Positions 36,902 to 45,127 of a DNA stretch of 64,000 nucleotides are shown piece by piece. The first letter of the stretch is position 1; every line of letters starts with the position of its first letter. Origin of the DNA: an uncultured Dehalococcoidia bacterium (GTDB lineage Bacteria; Chloroflexota; Dehalococcoidia; DSTF01; JACRBR01); assembly GCA_964371095.1 (NCBI GenBank), contig CAYJMJ010000008.1:8278-72277 (forward strand), read 5' to 3'. The translations under genes were made by a program, and so were the position numbers. The notes under the pieces are model-generated. The model was given only the letters and a program-made list of their open reading frames with translations. It had not been told where the DNA came from and did not search any database.

Positions 36902-37651
36902 TCAGCTCGTGTACGACGCGAGGACGTCGTCGCTGAACTCGGCGTTGAAATAGACCCTCTGCACGTCGTCGAGCGCCTCCAGCTTCTCAACGAGCCGCAG
37001 CATCTGGATGGCGCTCTTCTCGTCGAGTTGCACCGTCGTCTTCGGCACGCGCGCCGACTCGGCGGACTCAACTTTCAGCTTGTGGTCTTCGAGCGCCTTC
37101 TTCACCTTCTCGAGGTCGCCCGGCGCCGTGTACACCTCGATCGTGTCGTCGCCGACCTGGACGTCCTCCGCACCGGCGTCGATGGCGTACAGCGCTACTT
37201 CATCGGAGTCCTGGCCGTTGGAGACGACGCTGATCAGCCCGCGCGAGTCGAAGTTCCATGCAACTGACCCCGATTCGCCGAGACTGCCGCCCGCTCGCGC
37301 GAAGACGTTCCGGACCTCCGCGACCGTGCGGTTGCGATTGTCGGTCGCGACCTCGACGATCACCGCCGTGCCCGCCGGACCGTACCCCTCATACGTGATC
37401 TCCGACATCTCGATGCCGTCGCCGCCGCCGGTCGCCCGCTTGATGGCCCGATCGATGTTGTCGGCCGGCATGTTGTTCTCGCGCGCCTTCTGGACGGCCA
37501 TCCGCAGGCGGAAGTTACCGTTCGGGTCCGGCCCGCCCTGCTTCGCCGAGATGATGATCTCCTTGGAGAGCTTCGTGAACAGCTGGCCGCGCTGGGCGTC
37601 CGCGACGCCCTTCTGGCGCTTGATGGTGGACCATTTGGAGTGGCCGGACAT
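36902..37651 (-). CDS. yebC: YebC/PmpR family protein
   Basis: 'MSGHSKWSTIKRQKG', 'YEGYGPAG', 'TDNRNRT', 'DDVQRVYFN'. Confidence 0.97.
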   Translation of the reverse strand: MSGHSKWSTIKRQKGVADAQRGQLFTKLSKEIIISAKQGGPDPNGNFRLRMAVQKARENNMPADNIDRAIKRATGGGDGIEMSEITYEGYGPAGTAVIVEVATDNRNRTVAEVRNVFARAGGSLGESGSVAWNFDSRGLISVVSNGQDSDEVALYAIDAGAEDVQVGDDTIEVYTAPGDLEKVKKALEDHKLKVESAESARVPKTTVQLDEKSAIQMLRLVEKLEALDDVQRVYFNAEFSDDVLASYTS

Positions 37652-37810
37652 GTGTTGTATGTGCTCCCTGGCTTAACATCGATGCCGTGCGGGCGAGCGC
37701 CCTACGGGCGAACCCGCGCCATTGTAACAAGCGGCCTCGGGCGCTCTCCAGAAACGTCCGGAAGGAGCAGTCGGCGCCTCCGGCCGGCCGCATCGCCGCG
37801 CCAGCCTCAG

Positions 37811-38644
37811 TCAGCCGAGCGTCGTGTTGTCGATCAGGCGAGTCGAATCGAACCGGACCGCGAGCGACACCAGCGCCGGCCGGTCGATGCGCTCCAACTC
37901 CTCGAGCGTCTCCGAATCGGCCACGCTCAGGTAATCGACGGCGGCCAGCGGCTCGCCCGCGACCAGCGCCGCCATGGCGGACCGAAGCGCGCCCGCGTCA
38001 CGCTCGCCACCCTCGTACAGCTCCTCGGCGAGGCCGAGCGAACGCGACAACACGGGCGCGGCGCGCCGCTGGTCGGGCGACAGGTAGACGTTGCGGCTGC
38101 TCATCGCCAGCCCGTCCGGCTCACGCACAATCGGCATGCCGACGATCTCGACGGGCACGTCCAGATCACGCACCATGCGGCGGACCACCGCGAGCTGCTG
38201 CGCGTCCTTCCGGCCGAAGTACGCCCGCCGCGGCTGCACGATGTTGAGCAGCTTGAGCACCACCGTCGTCACTCCGCGAAAGTGCGCCGGCCGGCTCGCG
38301 CCTTCGAGGCGCACCGTCAGCTTTTCGACGGTGACGTACGTGCGGAATCCTTCGGGATACATCTCCTCCGGCGCCGGCGCGAACACGGCGTCAACGCCCT
38401 CCGCCTCCAGCAGCGCGAGGTCGCGCGCCTCGTCGCGCGGGTAGCTCGCGAGGTCTTCGGCGGGGCCGAACTGCGCGGGATTGACGAAGATGCTGACGGC
38501 CACACGCTCGTTCGCCTCGCGGGCGGCGCGCACGAGCGAGAGGTGACCATCGTGCAGGTACCCCATCGTCGGCACGAGGCCGAGGTCGCCGCGCAGACCG
38601 CGGCGCCACGTCCGGAACGCGTCGATCGTGCGGAAGATCTCCAA
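37811..38644 (-). CDS. panC: Pantoate--beta-alanine ligase
   Basis: '[11 protein letters not shown]', 'SIFVNPAQF', 'FGRKDAQQ', 'GLAMSSRN', 'RLIDN'. Confidence 0.97.
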   Translation of the reverse strand: MEIFRTIDAFRTWRRGLRGDLGLVPTMGYLHDGHLSLVRAAREANERVAVSIFVNPAQFGPAEDLASYPRDEARDLALLEAEGVDAVFAPAPEEMYPEGFRTYVTVEKLTVRLEGASRPAHFRGVTTVVLKLLNIVQPRRAYFGRKDAQQLAVVRRMVRDLDVPVEIVGMPIVREPDGLAMSSRNVYLSPDQRRAAPVLSRSLGLAEELYEGGERDAGALRSAMAALVAGEPLAAVDYLSVADSETLEELERIDRPALVSLAVRFDSTRLIDNTTLG

Positions 38645-38652
38645 GGCGGCGA

Positions 38653-39534
38653 TCAGGAGTCTAGGCCGAGCGCGTGCCGGCGGTGGATCGCGTCACCCCG
38701 GTCCGGCCGCAGTTCGGCGAGCGAGGCCGGGTCCATCTTGAAGCTTTCTTTGTCCGTCGGGAACGCGCCGGCACGTACGTCGGATGCGTACCGCGCCACC
38801 GCGTCGCGGATCACCTTGCCGACGTCGGCGTAACGTTTCGCATGCTTCGGCACGAAGGCCTCGAACATCCCGAGCATGTCGTGGAAGACCTGCACCTGCC
38901 CGTCGCAGTGTACGCCCGCGCCGATGCCGATGGTCGGCACGCTCAGCCGCTGCGTCAGCAGCTCCGCGAGCGGTGCCGGGACCGTCTCGATGACGATCGC
39001 GAACGCGCCCGCCTGTTCGAGCGCCTGCGCGTCGTGCATGAGCTGCACGGCTGCCGCCGGCGTCTTGCCCTGGACCTTGAACCCCCCGAACTGGTTCACA
39101 GACTGCGGCGTCAGTCCGATGTGCCCCATGACCGGAATGCCCGCCTCGACGAGCTTCTGCACGATTTCGGCCGACCGCACGCCGCCTTCGAGCTTCACGG
39201 CGCCGCAGCCGGCCTCCTTCATGAAGCGCGCCGCGTTGACCATCGCCTCCTGCCAGCCGGTCTGGTAGCTCATGAACGGCATGTCGCCCACGACCATCGC
39301 CCGCTGCGAGCCGCGCACGACCGCCTTTGTGTGGTGGATCATGTCGTCCATGGTCACGGGTAGCGTCGAGTCGTAGCCCAGCACGACCATGCCGAGCGTG
39401 TCGCCGACGAGGATGACATCCGCTCCACCCTCCTCGACCAGCCGCGCGGACGGGAAGTCGTACGCCGTCATCATGACGATTTTCTCACCGCGCTTCTTCA
39501 TCTCGCGGATGTCGGTGGTCGTGATGCGTGCCAT
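38653..39534 (-). CDS. panB: 3-methyl-2-oxobutanoate hydroxymethyltransferase
   Basis: 'MTAYD', 'LVGDTLG', 'VKLEGG', 'GHIGLTPQS', 'IGIGAG'. Confidence 0.97.
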   Translation of the reverse strand: MARITTTDIREMKKRGEKIVMMTAYDFPSARLVEEGGADVILVGDTLGMVVLGYDSTLPVTMDDMIHHTKAVVRGSQRAMVVGDMPFMSYQTGWQEAMVNAARFMKEAGCGAVKLEGGVRSAEIVQKLVEAGIPVMGHIGLTPQSVNQFGGFKVQGKTPAAAVQLMHDAQALEQAGAFAIVIETVPAPLAELLTQRLSVPTIGIGAGVHCDGQVQVFHDMLGMFEAFVPKHAKRYADVGKVIRDAVARYASDVRAGAFPTDKESFKMDPASLAELRPDRGDAIHRRHALGLDS

Positions 39535-39557
39535 GTTCGTCGCTCCGTTCGCGCGCG

Positions 39558-39938
39558 CTAGACGGCGTGCGCCCGCTCGATGTGCTTGCCCGTCCGCGTG
39601 ATACGGTTGGTCTCGTCGACATACACCAGCGCTGGTTTCAGCGTGCGCGCTTCCTCTTCGCTCGCCGTCCGGTACGAAAGGATGATCACGGTGTCGCGAG
39701 GCTTGACCAGCCGCGCCGCGGCGCCGTTGATGCAGATCTCGCCGCTACCGCGCGCACCCTCGATGGCATAGGTGGTCAGGCGCGCTCCGTTGTCGACATC
39801 GAGCACGTGCACCTGCTCGTATGGCAGCACGTCCGCGGCCTCCATCAGGTCCGCATCGATGGTGATGCTGCCCTCGTAGTGCAGGTCCGCCTGCGTCACC
39901 CGCGCGCGGTGAATCTTGCTCTTCAGTACCGTCCGCAC
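39558..39938 (-). CDS. panD: Aspartate 1-decarboxylase
   Basis: '[11 protein letters not shown]', self-cleavage site 'YEGSITID', '[10 protein letters not shown]'; GTG 39938 with GGAGGG SD. Confidence 0.96.
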   Translation of the reverse strand: MRTVLKSKIHRARVTQADLHYEGSITIDADLMEAADVLPYEQVHVLDVDNGARLTTYAIEGARGSGEICINGAAARLVKPRDTVIILSYRTASEEEARTLKPALVYVDETNRITRTGKHIERAHAV

Positions 39939-39953
39939 CCGCGTCCCTCCCCC

Positions 39954-39987
39954 AACAAAAACGCCCCTCCGGTGACACCGAAGAGGC
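39954..39987 (-). terminator. Intrinsic terminator (attenuator) in the panDBC leader
   Basis: Minus strand GCCTCTTCGG-TGTCA-CCGGAGGGGC followed by GTTTTTGTT, ending 15 nt before the panD start. Confidence 0.8.
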
Positions 39988-40060
39988 ACGCCGAGACGCG
40001 ATCCGTCTCGCTGTATGTGCCGTCTCGGTCCGTCCGGATCCAAGCAGCCTGGTCGTTGCT
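39988..40060 (-). ncRNA. Cis-regulatory leader of panDBC; probable pan RNA motif
   Basis: Lies between the promoter and the terminator; contains GCTGCTTGGATCC...GACCGAGACGG and a repeated CGAGACGG. The pan motif is known upstream of pan genes in Chloroflexi; identity is from recollection, not a covariance search. Confidence 0.55.
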
Positions 40061-40110
40061 CACGTCCCTCGCGCTGACCGTCCGCCGCAGCGGATCGATG
40101 GCGCGTCTGC

Positions 40111-40140
40111 ACGATAGATCGCCGCGATTCGGCCTGTCAA
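40111..40140 (-). promoter_or_regulatory. Sigma70-type promoter of panDBC
   Basis: TTGACA-18 bp-TATCGT on the minus strand. Confidence 0.65.
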
Positions 40141-40402
40141 CGGCATGAGCGCCACGGCAGTCATCGATCGGCGGATGAGCTTGACGGCGCCCGTTTGCCG
40201 GAACTCGCGCGATTGAAGCAATTCGCGCGCCCGCGCGCCGCGATGCCCCGAGTCGAGCGCCTGTTCGCCGTCGATCTGCCGGCTCATAGCCGGCCGCTCA
40301 CCGGCCGATAGCTCACCGTGGCACGCATCGAAAGATCTGATCACACCTGTGATCGAGAGGGGTAGCCAGATTCGATCCCGCCAGTTATACTCGGCCCCAA
40401 GT

Positions 40403-41377
40403 ATGGGAGAACTCAACCGCGCTGCCCGTGGCGGGGTGGGTGCGGCAGTCCTCGGGATCGCCCTCGTCGTGCTCGCGCTCACGGCCGGCTGGGCGTCCGG
40501 CGCTGTCTACGACGGCCACCTTGCGCCAGGTGGCTGTAGCGGCTGCTCCTCGTCCGTGGCAGCAGCGTCAGCGCACGCTGCCGGCCCCCCCCACGACAGC
40601 TTCTTCCCGACGCCCGCGCCGACCGAGCCATCGGGCTTCCCGTTCGTGAGCGCCCGCTCGATCGCCATTCTCGACGGAGCGTGCGGCGCCGAGATCTACG
40701 GCCGCGACGAACACCTGCAGCTTCCCCCTGCGAGCCTCACCAAGCTCATGACCGCCGCAGTCGCCACCGACCAGGCCGGCACCGACACGATGATTACGTC
40801 TCACGTGGACGGCACGAAGCTGTACGACGACACGGGCTCCACGATCATGGGATTGAAGCCGGGCATGGAGCTCTCACTCCTCGACCTCCTGTACGGCCTC
40901 CTGCTCCCGTCCGGCAACGACGCGGCGATCGCCATTGCCGAGGGCATCGCCGGGACGCAGAACAAGTTCGTCGAGTTGATGAACGAAAAGGCACAGTCAC
41001 TCGCGCTGAACGACACGCACTTCGCCAACCCGCACGGCCTCTACGACAAGGATCTCCGCTCGAGCGCGCACGACATGGCCATGCTCGCGCGGTACGTCAT
41101 GCAGAACCCGACGCTCCGGACGATCGTTTCGACGCCGTCGTGGCAGCCGAAATGGGACGGCCCACCCGTCTGGAACGGCAACCGCCTCATCGGCGAGTAC
41201 GCCGGCGCCGATGGCGTGAAGATCGGTTACACCGAGGAGTCTCAGCAAACGATCGTCGCCTCGGCCACGCGCGACGGCCGGCGCATCATCGCCTCGCTCA
41301 TGCGCAGCCAGGATCGGTACACCGACTCCGAGCGCCTGCTGGACTGGGCATTCGCCCAGCCCTCCGCTTGCCCGTAG
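40403..41377 (+). CDS. D-alanyl-D-alanine carboxypeptidase (peptidase S11)
   Basis: SxxK 'ASLTK', SxN 'SGND', 'HFANPHGL', third motif 'VKIGYT'; N-terminal TM/signal; TATACT upstream. Confidence 0.9.
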   Translation: MGELNRAARGGVGAAVLGIALVVLALTAGWASGAVYDGHLAPGGCSGCSSSVAAASAHAAGPPHDSFFPTPAPTEPSGFPFVSARSIAILDGACGAEIYGRDEHLQLPPASLTKLMTAAVATDQAGTDTMITSHVDGTKLYDDTGSTIMGLKPGMELSLLDLLYGLLLPSGNDAAIAIAEGIAGTQNKFVELMNEKAQSLALNDTHFANPHGLYDKDLRSSAHDMAMLARYVMQNPTLRTIVSTPSWQPKWDGPPVWNGNRLIGEYAGADGVKIGYTEESQQTIVASATRDGRRIIASLMRSQDRYTDSERLLDWAFAQPSACP

Positions 41378-41408
41378 CCCATCGTTTGGGAGTGACGGCG
41401 GTCGGACC

Positions 41409-42404
41409 CTATCCTCTGCGGCTTCGTGTGGGCGCCACGACGAGATCTCGAGCCGCCGGTACGCCACCGAGCGTCTCCGCCATGAGCACGCCGCGGACGA
41501 TCGCGCGCTCCACCGCGCGCGTCGCGAGCGCCTCGACGACGCGGTAGTCGGATCCGGCGATGGCCCGCTCGCCCGTGGCGAGCGTGAACACGACGTCACC
41601 GTCGCTGGGTGTGTGCGCCGGCCGCACGGCCCGCGCCAGACCGTCGTGGCAGACGGTCGCCAACCGGTTGGCCTGCTCCTTCGTGAGCGCCGCGTTCGTC
41701 GCGACGACAACGAGCACGGTGTTCTCCCGCGCGGTCTCCGGTTGCCACAGCCGCCCCTCGCGCATCACCTCCGTCGTATCCTCGATCGTGCCGTCGTCGC
41801 GCCGCGCCCCGGCGATGATCTGGCCGGTGGCCGGCTCGACGACGTCGCCGGCGGCGTTTACGGCCGCAAGCGCGCCCGCGATCAGCCCGTTGTGGGCGCG
41901 CTCGCTCGCCGTGCCCAGGCCACCCTTCATCGCACGCTCGGGACCTCGCGCCTTGCCGACGGTCGCGCCAGTGCCCGCACCGACGTTTCCCTCGTCGGTG
42001 CGGCGCATGGCCCTCGAAGCAGCGCGGTAGCCGGCGTCCGACGTCGGCCAGCGGTCGTGGCGGCCGATGCCGAGATCGAACAGGATCGCTGCCGGGACGA
42101 TCGGCACGACGCCCCGCCCGAACGCGAAGCCGCGGCCGCGATCCGCGAGAAATCGCATGACGCCACCGGCCGCGTCGAGGCCGAACGCGCTGCCGCCCGC
42201 AAGCACGATGGCGTGCACGTGTTGCACGAGATTTCCCGGCCGCAACAGGTCCGTCTCGCGCGTGCCCGGCGCGCCGCCGCGCACGTCGACGCCGGCCACT
42301 GCCGGCGCGTCCGGCAGCACGACGGTGCAGCCCGTGATCGCCCGCCTGTCGGTCCAATGCCCGACGCGGATACCCGGGACGTCCGTGATCGACCCCTCGC
42401 CCAT
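41409..42404 (-). CDS. P1 family peptidase (DmpA/S58-like)
   Basis: 'ITDVPGIRVGH', 'VRGGAPGTRETDLL', 'LAGGSAFGL', 'ENTVLVVVATNA', 'HTPSDGDVVF'. Confidence 0.92.
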   Translation of the reverse strand: MGEGSITDVPGIRVGHWTDRRAITGCTVVLPDAPAVAGVDVRGGAPGTRETDLLRPGNLVQHVHAIVLAGGSAFGLDAAGGVMRFLADRGRGFAFGRGVVPIVPAAILFDLGIGRHDRWPTSDAGYRAASRAMRRTDEGNVGAGTGATVGKARGPERAMKGGLGTASERAHNGLIAGALAAVNAAGDVVEPATGQIIAGARRDDGTIEDTTEVMREGRLWQPETARENTVLVVVATNAALTKEQANRLATVCHDGLARAVRPAHTPSDGDVVFTLATGERAIAGSDYRVVEALATRAVERAIVRGVLMAETLGGVPAARDLVVAPTRSRRG

Positions 42405-42429
42405 CGCGGGGAGTGTAGCCGGGCCGGTC

Positions 42430-42499
42430 GTTAGAGGTTAGAGGTTGGAGGTTGGAGGCTGGAGGCCGGAAGCTCGAGGCTGGAAGGTGGACGTCAGAT
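42430..42499. repeat. Heptamer tandem array decaying with distance
   Basis: GTTAGAG GTTAGAG GTTGGAG GTTGGAG GCTGGAG GCCGGAA GCTCGAG GCTGGAA GGTGGAC GTCAGAT. Confidence 0.85.
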
Positions 42500-42502
42500 G
42501 TC

Positions 42503-42742
42503 GGCGGCTCGCCCCATCGCAATCTGCGCCCATCTTCCCAATCTGGAGTTCCACCGCCCCTCGGCCGCAGAGAACCGAAGATGGAGGCGCGACGCGCGTG
42601 GGGTAGCCGCCCTCGGCTGCCCATCCGGCGCAGCCGGATCTTACGCAGCACACTCGCCGTGGGAGCACGATGCAATGCGTGCGCGGCTAACTCGTCCACT
42701 GCACGCCAGAAGGCGATGTTCGCGTCAGCCTCCGTGCTTCCC
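42503..42742. other. Structured intergenic segment: 109-nt rod, short hairpin and 82-nt closed stem; candidate ncRNA
   Basis: Nested complementary pairs 42503-09/42605-11, 42512-16/42599-603, 42526-29/42587-90, 42530-37/42577-84; hairpin 42623-39; 42661-69/42733-42. Confidence 0.35.
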
Positions 42743-42747
42743 CCGCC

Positions 42748-43605
42748 CTACCGGCGAGCCTTCGCGGGTTCGGCCAGCCGCTGCGCCCGCTCGGCCTCCT
42801 GGTGCATGGTCAACACGCCGTAGATGAGGCTGCGGGCAGCGTTCGTCATCGCGTCGATGACGCCGACGATGTTCTGCAGCCGTTTCTCGTCCACCGAGAT
42901 GGCCGCCACGTTGATCGTGCGCCTGCGCTCGTCGATGGCAATCGCGGCAACCTGATCGTGCCGAAGACCGACATTGTCGAGCCATGCCGACTGCTTGACC
43001 AGCGCCGGGCCGGCATGCCGCTCGCCCGCCATCTGCGCGAGCGCGAGGGCGGCCGTCTCCCCCATGTCTCCCGTGCGCTTCAGGTCGCCGAGCATCTGCA
43101 CGAGGGCCTTCTTCAGGTCTCTGACGTCGCTCTTCGACAGCGACGGGCAACGCCGCGCGATGTCATCGGTACGCGGCAGACCGAGCCGGCCGAGGAGGTC
43201 CGGTCCGGGCGTCGTCGCCACCTCGTGAAGGAACGCCAGCGCCGACGTGCGGTCGAGCCGGTAGCCGAGGAAGCGGCGCATGATTGGCGCCCGCCCGCGC
43301 TGTTTCACCGCCTCGTAGAGGCCGATGAGGTCGCTGGCGGCGAGCACGTACTGCTCGGTGATCTGCATCGCCAGCACCTTACGATGCGACGGCGGCGCCG
43401 TCACGAGCGCGCGCATGCACGTTTCCGCCATGATGCGCCGGCTGGTCAACCCCAGTTCGGCATAGCTGCTCAGGAACTCGGCGTCACGCGCCTGCATAAA
43501 GCCATCGAAGCACCCGGCGCAGCGCGCCGGCGTCGTCTCCCCGGCGTGGAACGACACGGGCCGCCCGCAGTCCCGGCACAGAGATTCGAGGGATGCGTCG
43601 CTCAT
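42748..43605 (-). CDS. Hypothetical protein with N-terminal zinc ribbon
   Basis: C-x2-C-x15-C-x2-C (CRDC...CAGC) followed by about 250 aa of helical sequence; SD GGAG. Confidence 0.7.
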   Translation of the reverse strand: MSDASLESLCRDCGRPVSFHAGETTPARCAGCFDGFMQARDAEFLSSYAELGLTSRRIMAETCMRALVTAPPSHRKVLAMQITEQYVLAASDLIGLYEAVKQRGRAPIMRRFLGYRLDRTSALAFLHEVATTPGPDLLGRLGLPRTDDIARRCPSLSKSDVRDLKKALVQMLGDLKRTGDMGETAALALAQMAGERHAGPALVKQSAWLDNVGLRHDQVAAIAIDERRRTINVAAISVDEKRLQNIVGVIDAMTNAARSLIYGVLTMHQEAERAQRLAEPAKARR

Positions 43606-43688
43606 CAGTCGCGGCTCCGTCAACCAAACTGAATTCCAGCGTGAAGCGGCATGCGCAGGAAGTCAAGCAGACATATGGCGGCGCGCGC

Positions 43689-44594
43689 TCACGTCACGTT
43701 CCGCGCATATAGCCGCGGCTTGTTTCGGCCCCCAGGCGTCGTTCGCCGGCGGCTGGCCCGAGGCGCTGGCTGGCATTTCGGGCAGAAGACGCTGCTGCGG
43801 CCCGCAACCCTGATCCGGCGCATGACGGCGCCGCATTCGAGGCACGGCTCGCCCTCGCGCCCGTATGCCCGCACGCTCTCCTGGTTCTGCCCCGGCTCGC
43901 CGTCGACGTTGATGTGGTCGCGCAGCGTCGTTCCGAGGCTGCTCCCGCGCGCGGCCAGCCCCATCCGCAGCGCTCGCACGATGCCCGCGTGCAGCCGCTC
44001 GAAGTCGGCCGCCTTCAGCCGACTCGCCGGTCTCAGGGGGTGGAGCTTTGCGTGGTGCAGCGCCTCGTCGGCGTAGAGGTTGCCCATGCCGGCCAGCACC
44101 GATTGATCGAGCAGTACCGACTTGATCGATGCCGAGCGCTTGCCCGCGCGCTGCCGCAGCACGTCAGGCGTGAACTCGGCATCCAGCGGCTCAGGCCCAA
44201 GCCCGTCGATGACCATCGCCGCGTCCTCGACGATCCACATCGTCCCGAACTTGCGGAGGTCCGTCCACCGCAACTCGTGGCCGTCGTCGAGCGCGAACAC
44301 GGCCCTCATGTAGTCGTCCGGCGGTGCGTCCGCCGCGCGATACAGGATGTTCCCCGACATGCGGCGGTGCACCACCCACACCCGCCCATCGTCCAGGTCG
44401 ATGATCAGGTACTTGCCGCGGCGTCGCAGCCCGGCGATGGTGCGGCCGGTGAGCTGGCGGCAGAATTCGCCGGGCGTAACCAACTGCACGAGGCGCGCTG
44501 CGTCCGGCGCGATCCGGCACGACACCACGCGCCGTCCCGTCACCAGCCGTTCCAGGTCGCGCCGCACGGTCTCTACTTCGGGCAGTTCAGGCAT
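43689..44594 (-). CDS. mutM: Formamidopyrimidine-DNA glycosylase
   Basis: 'MPELPEVE', 'RRGKYL', 'LAGMGNLYADEAL', zinc finger 'CLEC...CPKCQ'. Confidence 0.97.
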   Translation of the reverse strand: MPELPEVETVRRDLERLVTGRRVVSCRIAPDAARLVQLVTPGEFCRQLTGRTIAGLRRRGKYLIIDLDDGRVWVVHRRMSGNILYRAADAPPDDYMRAVFALDDGHELRWTDLRKFGTMWIVEDAAMVIDGLGPEPLDAEFTPDVLRQRAGKRSASIKSVLLDQSVLAGMGNLYADEALHHAKLHPLRPASRLKAADFERLHAGIVRALRMGLAARGSSLGTTLRDHINVDGEPGQNQESVRAYGREGEPCLECGAVMRRIRVAGRSSVFCPKCQPAPRASRRRTTPGGRNKPRLYARNVT

Positions 44595-44595
44595 G

Positions 44596-45066
44596 CTACG
44601 GAGTACCGACGCCCGGCGTCTCAATGCCGAGCAGCGCGAGATAGTGGAAGATGTCCGCGCGATGGTGGATGTCGTGCTCGATCAGGTGGAACACGATCCA
44701 GTGGCCGCTGACCACGTCGCCTTCATCCTCATACGTCGCCGCCAGTTTCGCTTCATCTCGAAGGAACGGCGCGAGGTAGTCCCAGCTGCGACGGTATGCG
44801 TCCTGGATCTCCGCCTTCGACCGCAGTTTCTGCAATACGTCGCGAGCTAGCTGCGCTCCCTCTGGCCTGTCGAGGCTCATCCAGTTGAAGCGAGTCTCGG
44901 CGATGTGCAGGAGGATCCCGCGGAAGTTCCACAGCTCCGGCTTCGGTGACCAGTTCAGCTTGTCATCGGGTACGTACTCGACGAGCCGGATCAGCTCGTC
45001 GTTGAACCGCGCCCAGATCGGCACGATGTCGAGGCGCGCGAATTCTGAGTCACCCACTCCCGTCAC
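44596..45066 (-). CDS. DinB family protein
   Basis: 'LNWSPKPELWNFRGILLHIAE', 'HLIEHDIHHRA'. Confidence 0.85.
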   Translation of the reverse strand: MTGVGDSEFARLDIVPIWARFNDELIRLVEYVPDDKLNWSPKPELWNFRGILLHIAETRFNWMSLDRPEGAQLARDVLQKLRSKAEIQDAYRRSWDYLAPFLRDEAKLAATYEDEGDVVSGHWIVFHLIEHDIHHRADIFHYLALLGIETPGVGTP

Positions 45067-45127
45067 CTCCAGCTATGCCCACGGCGCCCCGCTCACCAGC
45101 GAGAACAACTCGAGTTCCGAGCGACGA

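Noticed and set aside
40060-40482. Minus-strand ORF upstream of panD, and the long N-terminal extension of panD in the ORF track
   Set aside because: They run through the promoter, leader and terminator; PanD homology begins at GTG 39938.
41596-42699. 367-aa ORF spanning the structured region
   Set aside because: Off-frame to the peptidase, Arg/Pro-rich, and includes translated heptamers (PASSFRPPASNLQPLTS).
42430-42742. CRISPR array, tRNA, SRP RNA, tmRNA or cobalamin riboswitch
   Set aside because: No repeat-spacer periodicity and no cas genes; no T-loop/anticodon cloverleaf; no SRP helix-8 or B12-box consensus.
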